DNA of 62,921 nt, counting the filler, from Sphacelaria rigidula (taxonomy: Eukaryota), in NCBI GenBank assembly GCA_964200075.2. It is 9 parts of 9 records of this genome, joined end to end, with 100 filler letters (N's around TTAATTAATTAA, not from the genome) between each part and the next. Parts side by side here need not be neighbours in the genome. Positions count along the whole stretch, not along the records: positions 35,016 to 41,917 come from CAXNAA020017495.1; positions 42,018 to 48,919 come from CAXNAA020017496.1; 7 more parts are not named here. One strand, given 5' to 3'. Shown piece after piece: positions 37,117-48,500 of the stretch. The position numbers were made by a program, and so were the translations under genes. How positions within the stretch are numbered: position 1 is the first letter of the stretch; each line of letters begins with the position of its first letter. The notes under the pieces were generated by a model that did no database searches, was not told where the DNA came from, and was given only the letters and a program-made list of their open reading frames with translations.

Positions 37117-38813
37117 CAGGGCTCTACATGTTATACTTTACGTTACACGTTACGCTACACGTTACGTTTTGGCCATAACGTAACGTGAACGTTGAAAAAA
37201 GATACATGATGAACGTAACGTGAGCGTGACGTTAATTTTTCAAATGAAACGTTAACGTAACGTTAATCTTTTCAATGTGACATACGTAAGGTAACGTGAA
37301 CGTTAAACTGCCCAAACGTTTAAACCACGTAATATGATACGTTTCATGTAATGTTTCATGTTACGTTACACATTACATGAAACGCCATGAACACGTCACA
37401 CAAAGCGGCGAAACCTTAAGTTTGCAATGAATTTCAAAATCCCAGAAGATTGGGCTTCAATTAACACGAGTGAATTTGAATGACCATGGTCAAGGTTTGG
37501 TACTATTGCAGCAAGTTCGCGCGCTCCGCACCACACTTCACATTCCAAGGTATCGTTGCAGCATTGCATGATAACATCATCATCATCATTTCGACCACAT
37601 TCTTATCGAGAGACCGGGTGTAACGTACACGTTCACGTGCACCAGTACATGGCATGGATTCACGGGGGAATCGGCGTTGCCACAACCAGGGGTGCCCCAG
37701 CATCCAGCCAATCTCGGCCGTGGCCTGCAGCTGCAGCATCTGATGCGAGACTCGCCTGCCCCGTGGCCGACACGATAATTGTCGAAAACAAGCGGAGGAA
37801 GGTGAACTTTGCGATAAGAACTTGTCAGGGTACTCTGTCACCGGTGTAGAAGTACCTGACGCAATTCTTGCCTGCCTTGACTAACGGCAAGAACGTCATC
37901 TGCCGAGTCTTGACGCCGAAGGAAGACTGGTGCGCGCACCTCACAAAATACGTCGCGAAATGCCAGGACGATTCAAGCCGGCGTTCAATCATGGACTGCT
38001 GCCGAGATAGCCCCCCCCCCGAACCGGCCAAAAACGTGCACGGAGGCGATGATCATAAATGTCGTCAGAGATGGTTTCGTGCTGCACGACGCGACTCATT
38101 TAGGCGTTTCTGCTGATTTCAAACTGCAACATGCCTCTCATGTGGGCGAAATTGCTGGAAACGAGCCCAATAGTGAGATTGCAGCCGGTTTGTTGGACGG
38201 TCTCCCGTGCACTTTTTGTGGGGGGGCTCTCTCGGCATTAGTTCATGTTCACGGTCTGTTGTGTACAGCATGTGCTGTAGTGCGAATGACCAAGTATTCG
38301 AAAATTTAAGATTGAAAACAAAAAGATGAAAAGACAAGAGGAGATATGATAATATTACGGTCAAAACGAATGAACGAAACACTGTAGAGAAAGTAACGTT
38401 ACACAGTCAGAAAATGCGCCTACGCTTAGACATACAACGGGTCACCGTCAGCGTCACGTACACGGTAACATCACGCGTTACACAACACGTTACAACGCGT
38501 TAGACACTGGTAAATGAGCCGCAATATGCACAGAATGAAAGTTTACATTTGAACGTTACACGTGTCAACGAAACGTAATATTAAACGTTACAAGTGACAT
38601 TGAAACGTTTCATATTACGTTGCATGTAACGAAACGTAACATTTTTTTGTTACGTGATGAACGTAACGTAAACGTGACGTTGAATTTTCAAATGAAACGT
38701 CAATGTAACGGTAATTTTTTCCAACGTGACATACGTAACGTAACGTGCACGATGAAAACATTTTACGTGATGAACGTGACGTTAACGTCTAACGTGTAAC
38801 GTGCAGACCCCTG
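37117..38813 (+). mobile_element. Non-autonomous hAT-like element with BED-finger remnant
   Basis: CAGGG termini, degenerate 8-bp TSD GAAAAAAC/GAACGAAC and dense subterminal (G)TAACGT/ACGTTA repeats. Internal LSPV*KYLTQF..NVICRV..WCAHLTKY. Confidence 0.75.
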
Positions 38814-40254
38814 GAACGAACAGATGTCCGTCGGGCGCTAAACAGGTGAACGAAATAGGCCGAGTTCTCGAAATTTGTATATGTAGGGCTGTGCATCGAC
38901 CATGAAGAGCGGTGTTTTCTACTACATTACGGGAGGTCGGTGCAGTCGATACCGGAATATATCGTGGAAAGAAATGAGGGTTGCCACGCAACTGCTGAGT
39001 GAGGGGTTAGTCCGAGCCAAGCAAAAACCGCGTCCAGCGAGCAAGCGAGCCCCGCTGGAAGCGCCGCCGGAGGCAAAAACAAGGTGTCATTTGCTTTAAT
39101 TCCCTTCAAATAAGTCCAGGACTTCAGCGGGTGAGGCCTTTTCTTTCAGAAATGTAGGACAACACGGTTGTGTGTTCGTATGACCTCAAACGTTGATTTC
39201 TGACGCATGTAGAACAATAAGAGCGGGAAAGATGATACTCTTATAACACCATTTTGATGCTGACATATTAACTAAGCCTTCATTGCGAAGAAGAGGGAGA
39301 ATGTGACGCTCTCATGCAAACATTAGCTCTACGGTGCTGAACTACGCACGATTACCCGAAGTGATCAACTTTTTGACACCCCCACATTACATTTTTTTTG
39401 CGGTCATTTGACACCATAGAAATGCAATATAGGGGAAGGGGAACATTATTTCATGGTATCGCACTGCCTTTCACAGTCAAGACCTCAAAGCACGCGGTTC
39501 AACAATCTACAGCTCGTCGGTTTGCAACAAAGGTGTTGCGCCATATCCGTCATTATCCAACGATGAAGTAAGGCTATTTTTCCTTCGTCATTTGTGCGCA
39601 ATCGTGGACAGTACCAATGCGATCATACGGCACAAAACAAGTGCCATTTTCACGACAGGGGAGGGGGATTTGAACCAGTGAGTACCAATTAATTGGTGCT
39701 GCGCTCAAATTTCCGCTCAATGACCAGGAGAGCGCGGGTTCGAGTCCCCCATTAATCAACGTTTGTGCGAAGTATGGGCCATGGATTAAACGCAAAAGAC
39801 ATGTGCGGTGTGAGAGACTCGGCCCTGAGTATATGTGATTGCTGACATTGACCATGCTGGGATGACTGCACAACATATCTCTTTTTTCAATAAACGCACA
39901 GTAGACCTGCTAATCACTATAGCTGTTGAAGTCTGTTGTTTTGTCTATCGCTCATGTTCACCTCACGTCGTGTGTTCTCCCTTCTTTCTTCGTCTTCTCC
40001 CTACCTCGAGCTCCCCCTGATGAATGTTGCCGTTTCGTTTACTTATTAACATGTACGTCTCATCTTGTGGTCAGGTTGTACTGCATAGCTACCTAGTGTC
40101 ATCTGCCAGGCCGTATTGATTTGGTTCTTAGAGTGCATAGTCGGACTTGGAGTAAAGTATGCCGGTAACATAATACCGACGGTAGCCTTGGAAACAGCTG
40201 TAGCTCCTGGGAGAACTAATTTTGCGTACACTGTGCAGTGCTGCATTGCACTGT

Positions 40255-40810
40255 TTCATCAATTATTTATCCACTTCTTTCATTTATCGCACTTTGAACC
40301 TCTCCCCTTCCTCGAGACGAGTCCGTGGTCTAACAGTATCAAGGGATCATCCCTTCTCTCCCCCGGAACACGCCTTGCATTTTGGTCTCGCGGTTTGGGT
40401 CATGACTATCAGCACTCCCGCACCGCGTCAACTCACGTCAAACAAACTTGGTCAACTCCTTTGTTTACTCACGCTCTCACGCTTTCCACGGTGGAAATCA
40501 GATACTACCAAGGGCAGGTCGAGTAGAGTATACTCAATCGCGGGGTATTTTGAAACTCGTACTCAAAGCACAAATCGGGGGTAGGGTTTTAGGGGTCGCT
40601 TTCCAGTTATATTTTGAGCACGACTCCCAATACTCTACCCTAATTTGAGTACCCCAAGTACGTCTTTCGAAATACCCCGCAATTGAGTATACTCTCCTCG
40701 ACTTGCCCTTGGATACTACGAAGAAAACACCCATCGCATCGGGAATCGAACCCTCGTCCTCTCCCAATCTAATGACGACAGTCGGACCATTACACCACCG
40801 GGGCGCGGCT
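40255..40810 (-). mobile_element. tRNA-derived SINE family B
   Basis: Pol III A box TGGTGTAATGG and B box GGTTCGATTCC, followed by a body whose 3' end recurs at 14640-14745. Confidence 0.75.
40509..40711. mobile_element. MITE with perfect 8-bp TSD (hAT/P-like) inside SINE B
   Basis: GATACTAC|CAAGGGCA...TGCCCTTG|GATACTAC with long imperfect TIRs. Confidence 0.9.
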
Positions 40811-42136
40811 GCAAGCTGTGCGTGGACGAAACCACCGCAATAGACATAGCGTTTCTACATACTTGTGCTCGATACCATGCTTACCACTTGCTCACATGCA
40901 CTGAACATATAGCCTAAATATCAGTGTGTATATGGACTGCAAAACCCCTGACCTGAACAGAGGCAAGCACCGCCACAAAAACCTAGGCAAAGCTCGCAGA
41001 CTACCTGGCGATTCTGTTTTCGTGGCCTCAGAAGGTAACCGAGTTGGATTCATTTTGTCTTACATGGTTTCTACCACGTAAAACGGAGAAAATAGCCACA
41101 ACTATCTGCCAATAACTTACTCCCCCATTCACATTGGCGACACCATGAGATGACTTTGCATGCTCTCTGAAAAGGAGATTCATGGTTCGAATCCCGGCGC
41201 CGATCAACGCGTTGAATATGACGACCCCCCAAAGTAAGCGGGCAAGAAGGAAGTCGCCAAAATTGGAGAAAGACCAGAAAATCGGTGGGGGACCAGCAAG
41301 CAAAGGTGGCATACTCAAGGACAATCTTCTGCAGAAATTGTTGGTTTGGCGACCCACTACACGCAAGCGATATGCGAAAATATGGTACAAAATTACCCTC
41401 ATCAGTAGTCAGCGCAAAACGTTGCCCGTGGGAGTCTCTTGTCGTCAACAAATTTGCGACAAGACTCACAGGTGTGAGGGGGCGTGATGTGGATACGACC
41501 ACGTGGCGGGGAAACGTTCCCACTTGTGTCTGTCGAGGCCTCATCACCGGTTCACACTCAGACATACCTCGCTACAACTTTTCATTCTTGGCTTAACCTT
41601 CCTAGCCATCGAAACGACTGACTACCCATGCGTCAAGAGCTCTGTTTCCTCTGTAAATCGCACGTCCATAAACTCCCAAGTGGCATTCCCAGTGGTTTTG
41701 GTAGAGTGTCGCATTCTAGCCCTCATCTTGGCTTGAAATATTGAGGTAAAGCATGGGTCAGGCGAGGGCTCCTTCGGTTGGCGCGACAAACGCTTTTTCA
41801 CGCCGTCACTCGAAGCTGCCCCCCCCCCCGGTGACGCATTCATGAGGCTGTGTAAAAACCGTGGCTGTCTCTGGAAGTGGCGGTACCAGAAGATAAAGTA
41901 ACTCATTGTAGGCTGTCNNNNNNNNNNNNNNNNNNNNNNNNNNNNNNNNNNNNNNNNNNNNTTAATTAATTAANNNNNNNNNNNNNNNNNNNNNNNNNNN
42001 NNNNNNNNNNNNNNNNNGATTTTAATCCTCCGGGTTCTCATCCTCAATCAAAAGCACCATCCTCAAAATAGATGATTGGCTGTTTCGACAAGGATTTGTT
42101 TGATCTTGCATGGGGATATTACGCTTTGTAGTGTAT

Positions 42137-42381
42137 CATGCATTTCACCACAGTTCGATTTGAGTTCGATTGTTGTGATTCATTCTCGTTTTTTCATATT
42201 ATCACCGAGATGACGACGTGATGGGAATTCTCCCTCCATGTGAGTTTGATTTCGGCATCATGCATTTCACCACAGTTCAATTTGAGTTCGATTGTTGTGA
42301 TTCACTCTCGGTTTTTCATAGTATCACCGAGATGACGACATGATAGGAATTCTCCCTTTATGTGAGTTTGATTTTCGGCAT
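42137..42381 (+). repeat. Tandem duplication, ~2 copies of 122 bp
   Basis: CATGCATTTCACCACAGTTC.ATTTGAGTTCGATTGTTGTGATTCA repeated. Confidence 0.9.
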
Positions 42382-42544
42382 GATATTCAAAAATTTCCAA
42401 GCATGTGCTGTCGCCACGAAAAAGGTGAAGGGGCCGATCGATATGACAACAACAATCTTGTATGGATCATGGCATATGACGGATTCTATTTGGTTGATTG
42501 ATTTGTCGATCTTGGATTTCGGGCCATATGTTTGTGAGATATTT

Positions 42545-43060
42545 TTTAAAAAGCACGTCCCGAGCTTTGATATTTCATGCTCCCGAAAATGGCGAAATGA
42601 TATGGGGTCAGGGGGGCAATAATGTGAAAAGTGATTTTCCTTGACGACTTTGATATATTTTCCTTGCTGAATCCCCCATGTACCCCGGCACTTCCATGAT
42701 GAGAAAAGTATGTTTTTCTTCGTAAATGTTTGGAAAACACGTCATGAGTTTTGATACTTTATGCTCCCGAAAACGGTGAGATGATATGGGGTCAGGGGGG
42801 CATATGATGTAGGAAATGATTTTCCTTGATGACTTTGATTTCCTCCTTGCTGAATCCCCCATGTATTCCGGTACTTACGTGGTGAGAAAAGTATGTTTTT
42901 CTTGGTAGATGTTTGGAAAAACACATCATGAGTTTTGATACTTTATGCCCCCCCCGAAAATGGTGAGATGATGTGAGTTCAGGGGGGCATATAATTCATG
43001 AGGCGATGTTCCTTGATGATTTTGTTTTTATGCTGAGTCTTCCATGTATCCCGGCATTTG
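42545..43060 (+). repeat. Satellite-like repeat, ~3 copies of ~184 bp
   Basis: GAG.TTTGATA.TT.ATGC.CCCGAAAA.GG.GA.ATGAT..G.G.TCAGGGGG at ~42562, ~42746 and ~42929. Confidence 0.85.
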
Positions 43061-43142
43061 TGTGTTTAATTTGTCTGATCTCGTGGGATGGAACTAAGAT
43101 TTTTTCGTGTGATGGGAGTAAGGTTAAGCCTCGACGCGGGGC

Positions 43143-43400
43143 GAGTGATGCTGCGATAGGGTCAGCACTTTTACGACCTGAGAGTAGAGTTGTTAGGAAC
43201 CCTTTATCTCATCCAAAACACGACTTTCGAATTAGGTGAGAGTACGCCAGGGTTCTTCTTCCAATTTGCTAGGGATATCCCGAATGAATTTGCAAACGGG
43301 GATATCCTTACCCATATTCTTGTGTTGTTCCTAATTTAAGGAACCCCTGAATCAGGCCGGTTTTGGCCCGAAAAGTGCAGACCCTATCGCAGCATCACTC
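43143..43400. mobile_element. GAG-terminal MITE (Sola2-like)
   Basis: TIR GAGTGATGCTGCGATAGGGTC.GCACTTTT; 4-bp flanks GGGC/GGGA. Confidence 0.7.
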
Positions 43401-44710
43401 GGGAGCTAATTGACTATCGTCGAGCCGAACAAGGCATGTGTACGTGGATTAATTCGGGTACATGCGGTGCAGATTGATGAAATTTCATGGGTATTGGATA
43501 TCGTCTGCGGTAACAGATTGTGTTTTGACTGAATGCATGACATATGAGGGAACCCAATATACGGTCCCACCTACCCTGCTCAGTTGCGTTTTTTTGTGCA
43601 TTTTGGCCATTGCGTTTCGGGTGAAGAAAGCAGCTCGGGTGGAGCTTGCACGGTAGATGTTTGGTGAATGAAGGTTATAAGAGTTCAATACAGGAATAAG
43701 GTATACACATTCCCCTGTTCAGAGCGCGTTCTTTACGGGACAGTCCCTTCATCAAGTGACACTTTAGCGCACACAGGGACGCAGAGGACACGCCAGAGCG
43801 CAAATGCCGCCCACCATGGGAACCATAGGCGATGTACGAGCTGGGCCAGCCTAAAGACGGATTGAAGCTCTAAAGGCAATATCTCATCGACACAGACGAG
43901 TTGGGCCGTGATCCCCATATCGTATTAATCGTCCAACCAAGCGGAAGGTGCCCATCTGCTCAAATGTTCGGGCTGATATTTTCTCGTTGATTAAACCCCA
44001 CGTCTAGTACTTTCTATACCTAACGGAGATAGCGTCCATACTAAAATCTCTAAGTAAACCCCGATCGATGCACTCAGCGGATGACGACGAATTCTGGTGT
44101 GGACATTATTTGGAGCAAGGAGAGACGATAGATACCCTCACCTTTACCTAATTCGTAATCTATCCCAAGATATGACGCACATAAATTTCTATACTAAAAT
44201 CAATATATTGCGAGCAGAGGCACTAGATGCCCTAAATCTGGATATCGCGTCTCAGTTTTTAAGAGTTGTTCCATAAACTTTCGTGTGTTGACCCGCTAGT
44301 GCATAATATAAATAATAAAAACACCTTGTTACCTTTTTCATTCTTGTTCATTTTTGTGAAGATTGCTTCTAGGCCTGATCTCAATGTTTTAGCTCAAGTT
44401 TTAGAATTGTGATTTGAAACTTGGCATGGCGAACCACAAAAGTGTGCCGAATATATAAAAAAAATGGGCCTTTATTGTATTTTTTCATAGAGGTTAGGGT
44501 GTCCTCGTGAAAAAATGGTCTTTACCGTACTAAAACGCCCTAAACCAGTGAAAAAAACAATTGAGGAAACCTGCCCACTGAGTGTTGTTAAATATGTCTT
44601 AAAGGAATATGGCTTCACTCTTGATGGTGTGCCGATGTGGCAACTGTCTTCTGCAGTTGATACAGAGGTGCAGAGAGTGACGGCTAAGTCACTTGACTTG
44701 AGAATAGAGA

Positions 44711-45049
44711 TGTTGAACTTGGCGCTTATGTGGCCGAAGACTCTACCTCGTGGAAGACAAGAGTATGAGAAGAGAAGTAGTAGAGGAGTGATCAGGTGGG
44801 CGAGCACCAAGTGCGCGAGCCTACCGATCAGCTACTGAACTTCCAGAACTTCCACACGTCTCGAACACTCGCGGGGTATTGCAACCGATAACTCCCGATT
44901 CATCCCCCGACAACTTGTTCTGGAAACATAATGTACCGCAGAATACACTGCAGACTATTTCTGGAACACTCAAATGATTTCGTACTTATTTACGATAACC
45001 TACGATAGATGTTAGTCGTTACCAATGACTGACATTGAATATTCCAACA
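44711..45049 (-). repeat. Copia 3' LTR with PPT at 45050-45058
   Basis: Minus strand GAGGAGGAG|TGTTGG...CAACA; the distal boundary is less certain. Confidence 0.7.
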
Positions 45050-45393
45050 CTCCTCCTCAATGAAAAGTCATCTCAAAGGAAAGTAACCCAAAGGAGAAAT
45101 ATCTTGATGCAAAAACACTTTAGCAAAAGATTTTACTCCCACTTGCGACCAACAGAGATCGAACGAAGATCTCTCACACTCCCTTCCGTAGTATGTACGG
45201 TAGATGCAGCAAATGAAAAGAACGCAAGAATGCCGTCTACAAGAAGTCAACAATTTTAGCCTGGATATTCAAGCTACTCAGGAAATGCAGAAAGTATGCA
45301 TGAATCTTCTGAGGTTGCTACTCCGGAGCATATGCTATGAGCTACTGCTGTTACGATCATACTCAAAGATTTGCCCGTGGGCGCTATACGAAT

Positions 45394-45598
45394 GACACTT
45401 TCTACGATACCCCCCCCAAAACCAACCAAAAAGTGTCACGAAAGAAGTGACCGTACAGCGCCTAATGTTTGGGTTCAGGCTGCATGAAGCGCCTCATATT
45501 GGCGACATTGGCCTCGGCTTTTCTCATTTCAATTTACGTGAAGATTTTGCCTCCCCAAACCATGCACGTTTTTAGGGGGGGCTATCGTACAAAGTGTC
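45394..45598. mobile_element. GACACT-terminal MITE with 4-bp TSD
   Basis: GAAT|GACACTTTCTACGATA...TATCGTACAAAGTGTC|GAAT; partial copy at 49020-49096. Confidence 0.85.
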
Positions 45599-48500
45599 GA
45601 ATATGCGCAAGAAACACAAGGAAAAAGAGTTGCAGCGATGTTCTGTCTGCTGCTCTGCTTAAGGCAGAAGAAGATGTTTCTCACTGCGGACGACGCGTAG
45701 AGTCGCTCTTGGTGGATCCATTCGCGGAGTGCGGCGAAACGGACGGCGATGTGCCGCGACCTCTGCCTGAAGTTCGCCTTCAAAGCTAGGATCATGGAGC
45801 TCTGGTTGTCCGCATACAAGGTGGAGGTGCATCGCCGTGACCATCCTAGCACCCCCAGTATAGAAGACAAGTAGAGCCCGTGCTTGGCGGTGCTGTTCAT
45901 TGCGATGAGCTCCGCCTCCGATGTCGCTTGCGCGGTTATGCGCTGAACTTGACTGCCGAAGTGAACGAGCCCTCCACTCAGAAAAACCATTGATCCGGTG
46001 ATGAATTTGGTTGATGGTCCAGATGCGTAGGAGGCGTCACTGTAGCAGGTAATGCTGAAGACGCTGGCGCACCTGTAGGTAATGACGAGACCTGGGTTGC
46101 ACTTGAGGTACCGAAGAATCCTTTTGGCGCTCGCTGCGCTCGCAGTGGTCGGACTTGACATGTGCCGTGCTACCTGCATGACGGCATGCGCGATATCAAA
46201 CCTTGTGCAACTCAACAGAAAGATTAGGCTTCCCACCAGGCTCGGGTAGTCCTTTTTCTCGCTTGCGGAAAGAAGTGCAGATTCACCAGTTGCGTTGTTG
46301 AGCTCGGCTCCTGTCCCTGGAGTGTGCGAGGGATCGCACGTATCCATGCCATAACGCTTGAGCACAGATATGGTGTATTTCTACTGGCTGAGGCTTTTTG
46401 TGCCGTTCTCCAGGTCTTGATGAATGTCGATGCCGAAAATCTGAGTCGCATGACCAAGATCGGTCATCTTGAATGATTGCTGAAGTTCCTGACGCACTTG
46501 ATGCAGCACGTCGGTAGAAGGGCCCGTGAGACGAATGTCGTCGACGAAGAGTGTCAGCATGCAGTAGGCGCCTCCGCTGCCCTTGGTGTAGACACAGGGG
46601 TCAGATGCTGTAGGTGTGAACCCTTTCGTGCGCAGATCCTTGTCGATTGTTGAGTTCCAAACGCTCGGAGATTGACGCAGCCCGTACAAGCTTTTGCGCA
46701 GACGCCAAACCAGCTGCTTGCCAGTGGTGCTGTCGAACTTTTCGAATCCTGACGCCTGAAAAGTGTACACCACTTCGGAGAGGGGACTGTGTAGGAACGC
46801 TGTCTGCACGTCCATGGCGATGACCGGCCAGTTCTGGGCAGCCGCTATCGCCAATAGAAGTCTTTGGCTTCCGATCCTGCACACCGGTGCAAATGTGGTG
46901 AAACAGTCTATGCCGTGCTGTTGCGCCCAGCCCTGAACGACGACCCTTGCCTTGAATCGCCCATCCGTTTTGATCCGATAAACCCAGCGCGTGCCGATGA
47001 TGGAGCAACCGGCGGGAGTCGAACGAGACGAAATCCGCCACCTCGTGGTCGGCTAGGCTGTCCATTTCTTTGTCCATGGTCTTTTTCCATTCCGCTGCCT
47101 GGGGTGAGTCCATGGCCTGCTTGTAGGTGTTGGGCCATTGGATTGCTGCAGGAGGAAGAACTTGATCAATGCCCACTGCTCCGATGTACGAGGTCACTGA
47201 GTCCAGCATCGCTTGAGATGAATCCTCCTGCGCGAAGGTGAGCTGTCGTAGCGCCCGAGCCTGTGATAGATTATTCATCTCTGTTTGGAAAGGATCAACG
47301 GATCCGGATGAACGCAGTCGTCGTGTAGAACCCAGTGGTTCTTTGAAGCGCTGTTCCTGTCGGTTGTTGATATCGTGACCTTCGCCGTTGTCCTTGTTGG
47401 AATTCAAGAATGCAATTCCTTCGTGGACTTGCTCCAGATCCGCCATGTCGACCGATTATTCTTCTTCACTATCCGGAAGATTGGTACAGCTCAGGGGTTC
47501 CGGAACGGGCTCGATGAAGGTGACATTCCGGGAGGTTGTAATGCGTCCCGTAGCCCGATCGTAGATACGAATGGTTGGGTTGTCGTCGTTGTAGCCAACC
47601 AAAACACCTTCCCACGCTTTTGGTTGCAGCTTGGTGGTATGACCTTCGACGTGGACGAAGGACCTGGAGCCGATGATCCGAATAAAGGAAAGGTTTGCCT
47701 GCTTGCCGAACATGCGATGGTAGGGCATGTCCCCTTGTAGAGCCTTGTGTGGTAGGCGGTTTATAATGAATACCGCAGGTGCCGCAATCTCCCCCCATAG
47801 GTGCTTAGGCAGACCCGCTTCGTTCAGGAGGCAGCGGGTCATGTCCATGACGGTCCGCCCGTCGCGCTCCGATGTGCCGTTTTGTTGCGGCGTGTGCGGG
47901 GAGCTGAACTGCTGTATGATCCCCGTAGTTTTGCAGTAGTCGCCGAACGCAGTGCTGACATATTCCCCGCCATTGTTCGATTGTAGACGTTGTACCCGCA
48001 GACCGAATGGAATGGCGAGGTCTTGAACGAACCGTACCAGAGAAGAAAGGGCGTCACTTATCCTTTCGAGGAAGTAGACGGCCTTGAGCCTGGAGTAATG
48101 ATCGGTAAGCTTGGCCATGTACTGGTAGCCACCGATTGCAGTTGGAGTGACGGGCCCTAGAAGGTCCGTGCTGACGAGTTAAAGTCGTTGCGTGGCGCCT
48201 GTGCTCCTGGTCTTGGGATGATTCTGCTGTGTGCTTTTGTTTAACTTGCACGTCCCGCACGCTAGAAAGGAGTCGGAAAACGCGACCCCGCTCTCTTCTA
48301 TCCGCCCGACTTGTAGTAGCACTTGGGCATTGGGATGTCAGAGTCGCTGATGCCACGTGTTGGCCATCGATGTACCCGTTGAGGTGGCACATGCTGTTTC
48401 CTTTTCCGTGTGCTGGATCAAAGAGGCGCTGGATGCTATATTTGCTCTTTCAGGCGGCAGATTGGCGCCGGAGACGGTTATAAAACCGTGTTGAGTGCAG

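Noticed and set aside
39725-39750. Isolated B boxes (also ~22209 and ~41184) as tRNA genes
   Set aside because: No A box or cloverleaf. The heads at 40810 and 58595 are better explained as SINEs.
41071-41565. 164-aa minus-strand ORF that looks protein-like
   Set aside because: No recognisable motif or splice structure.
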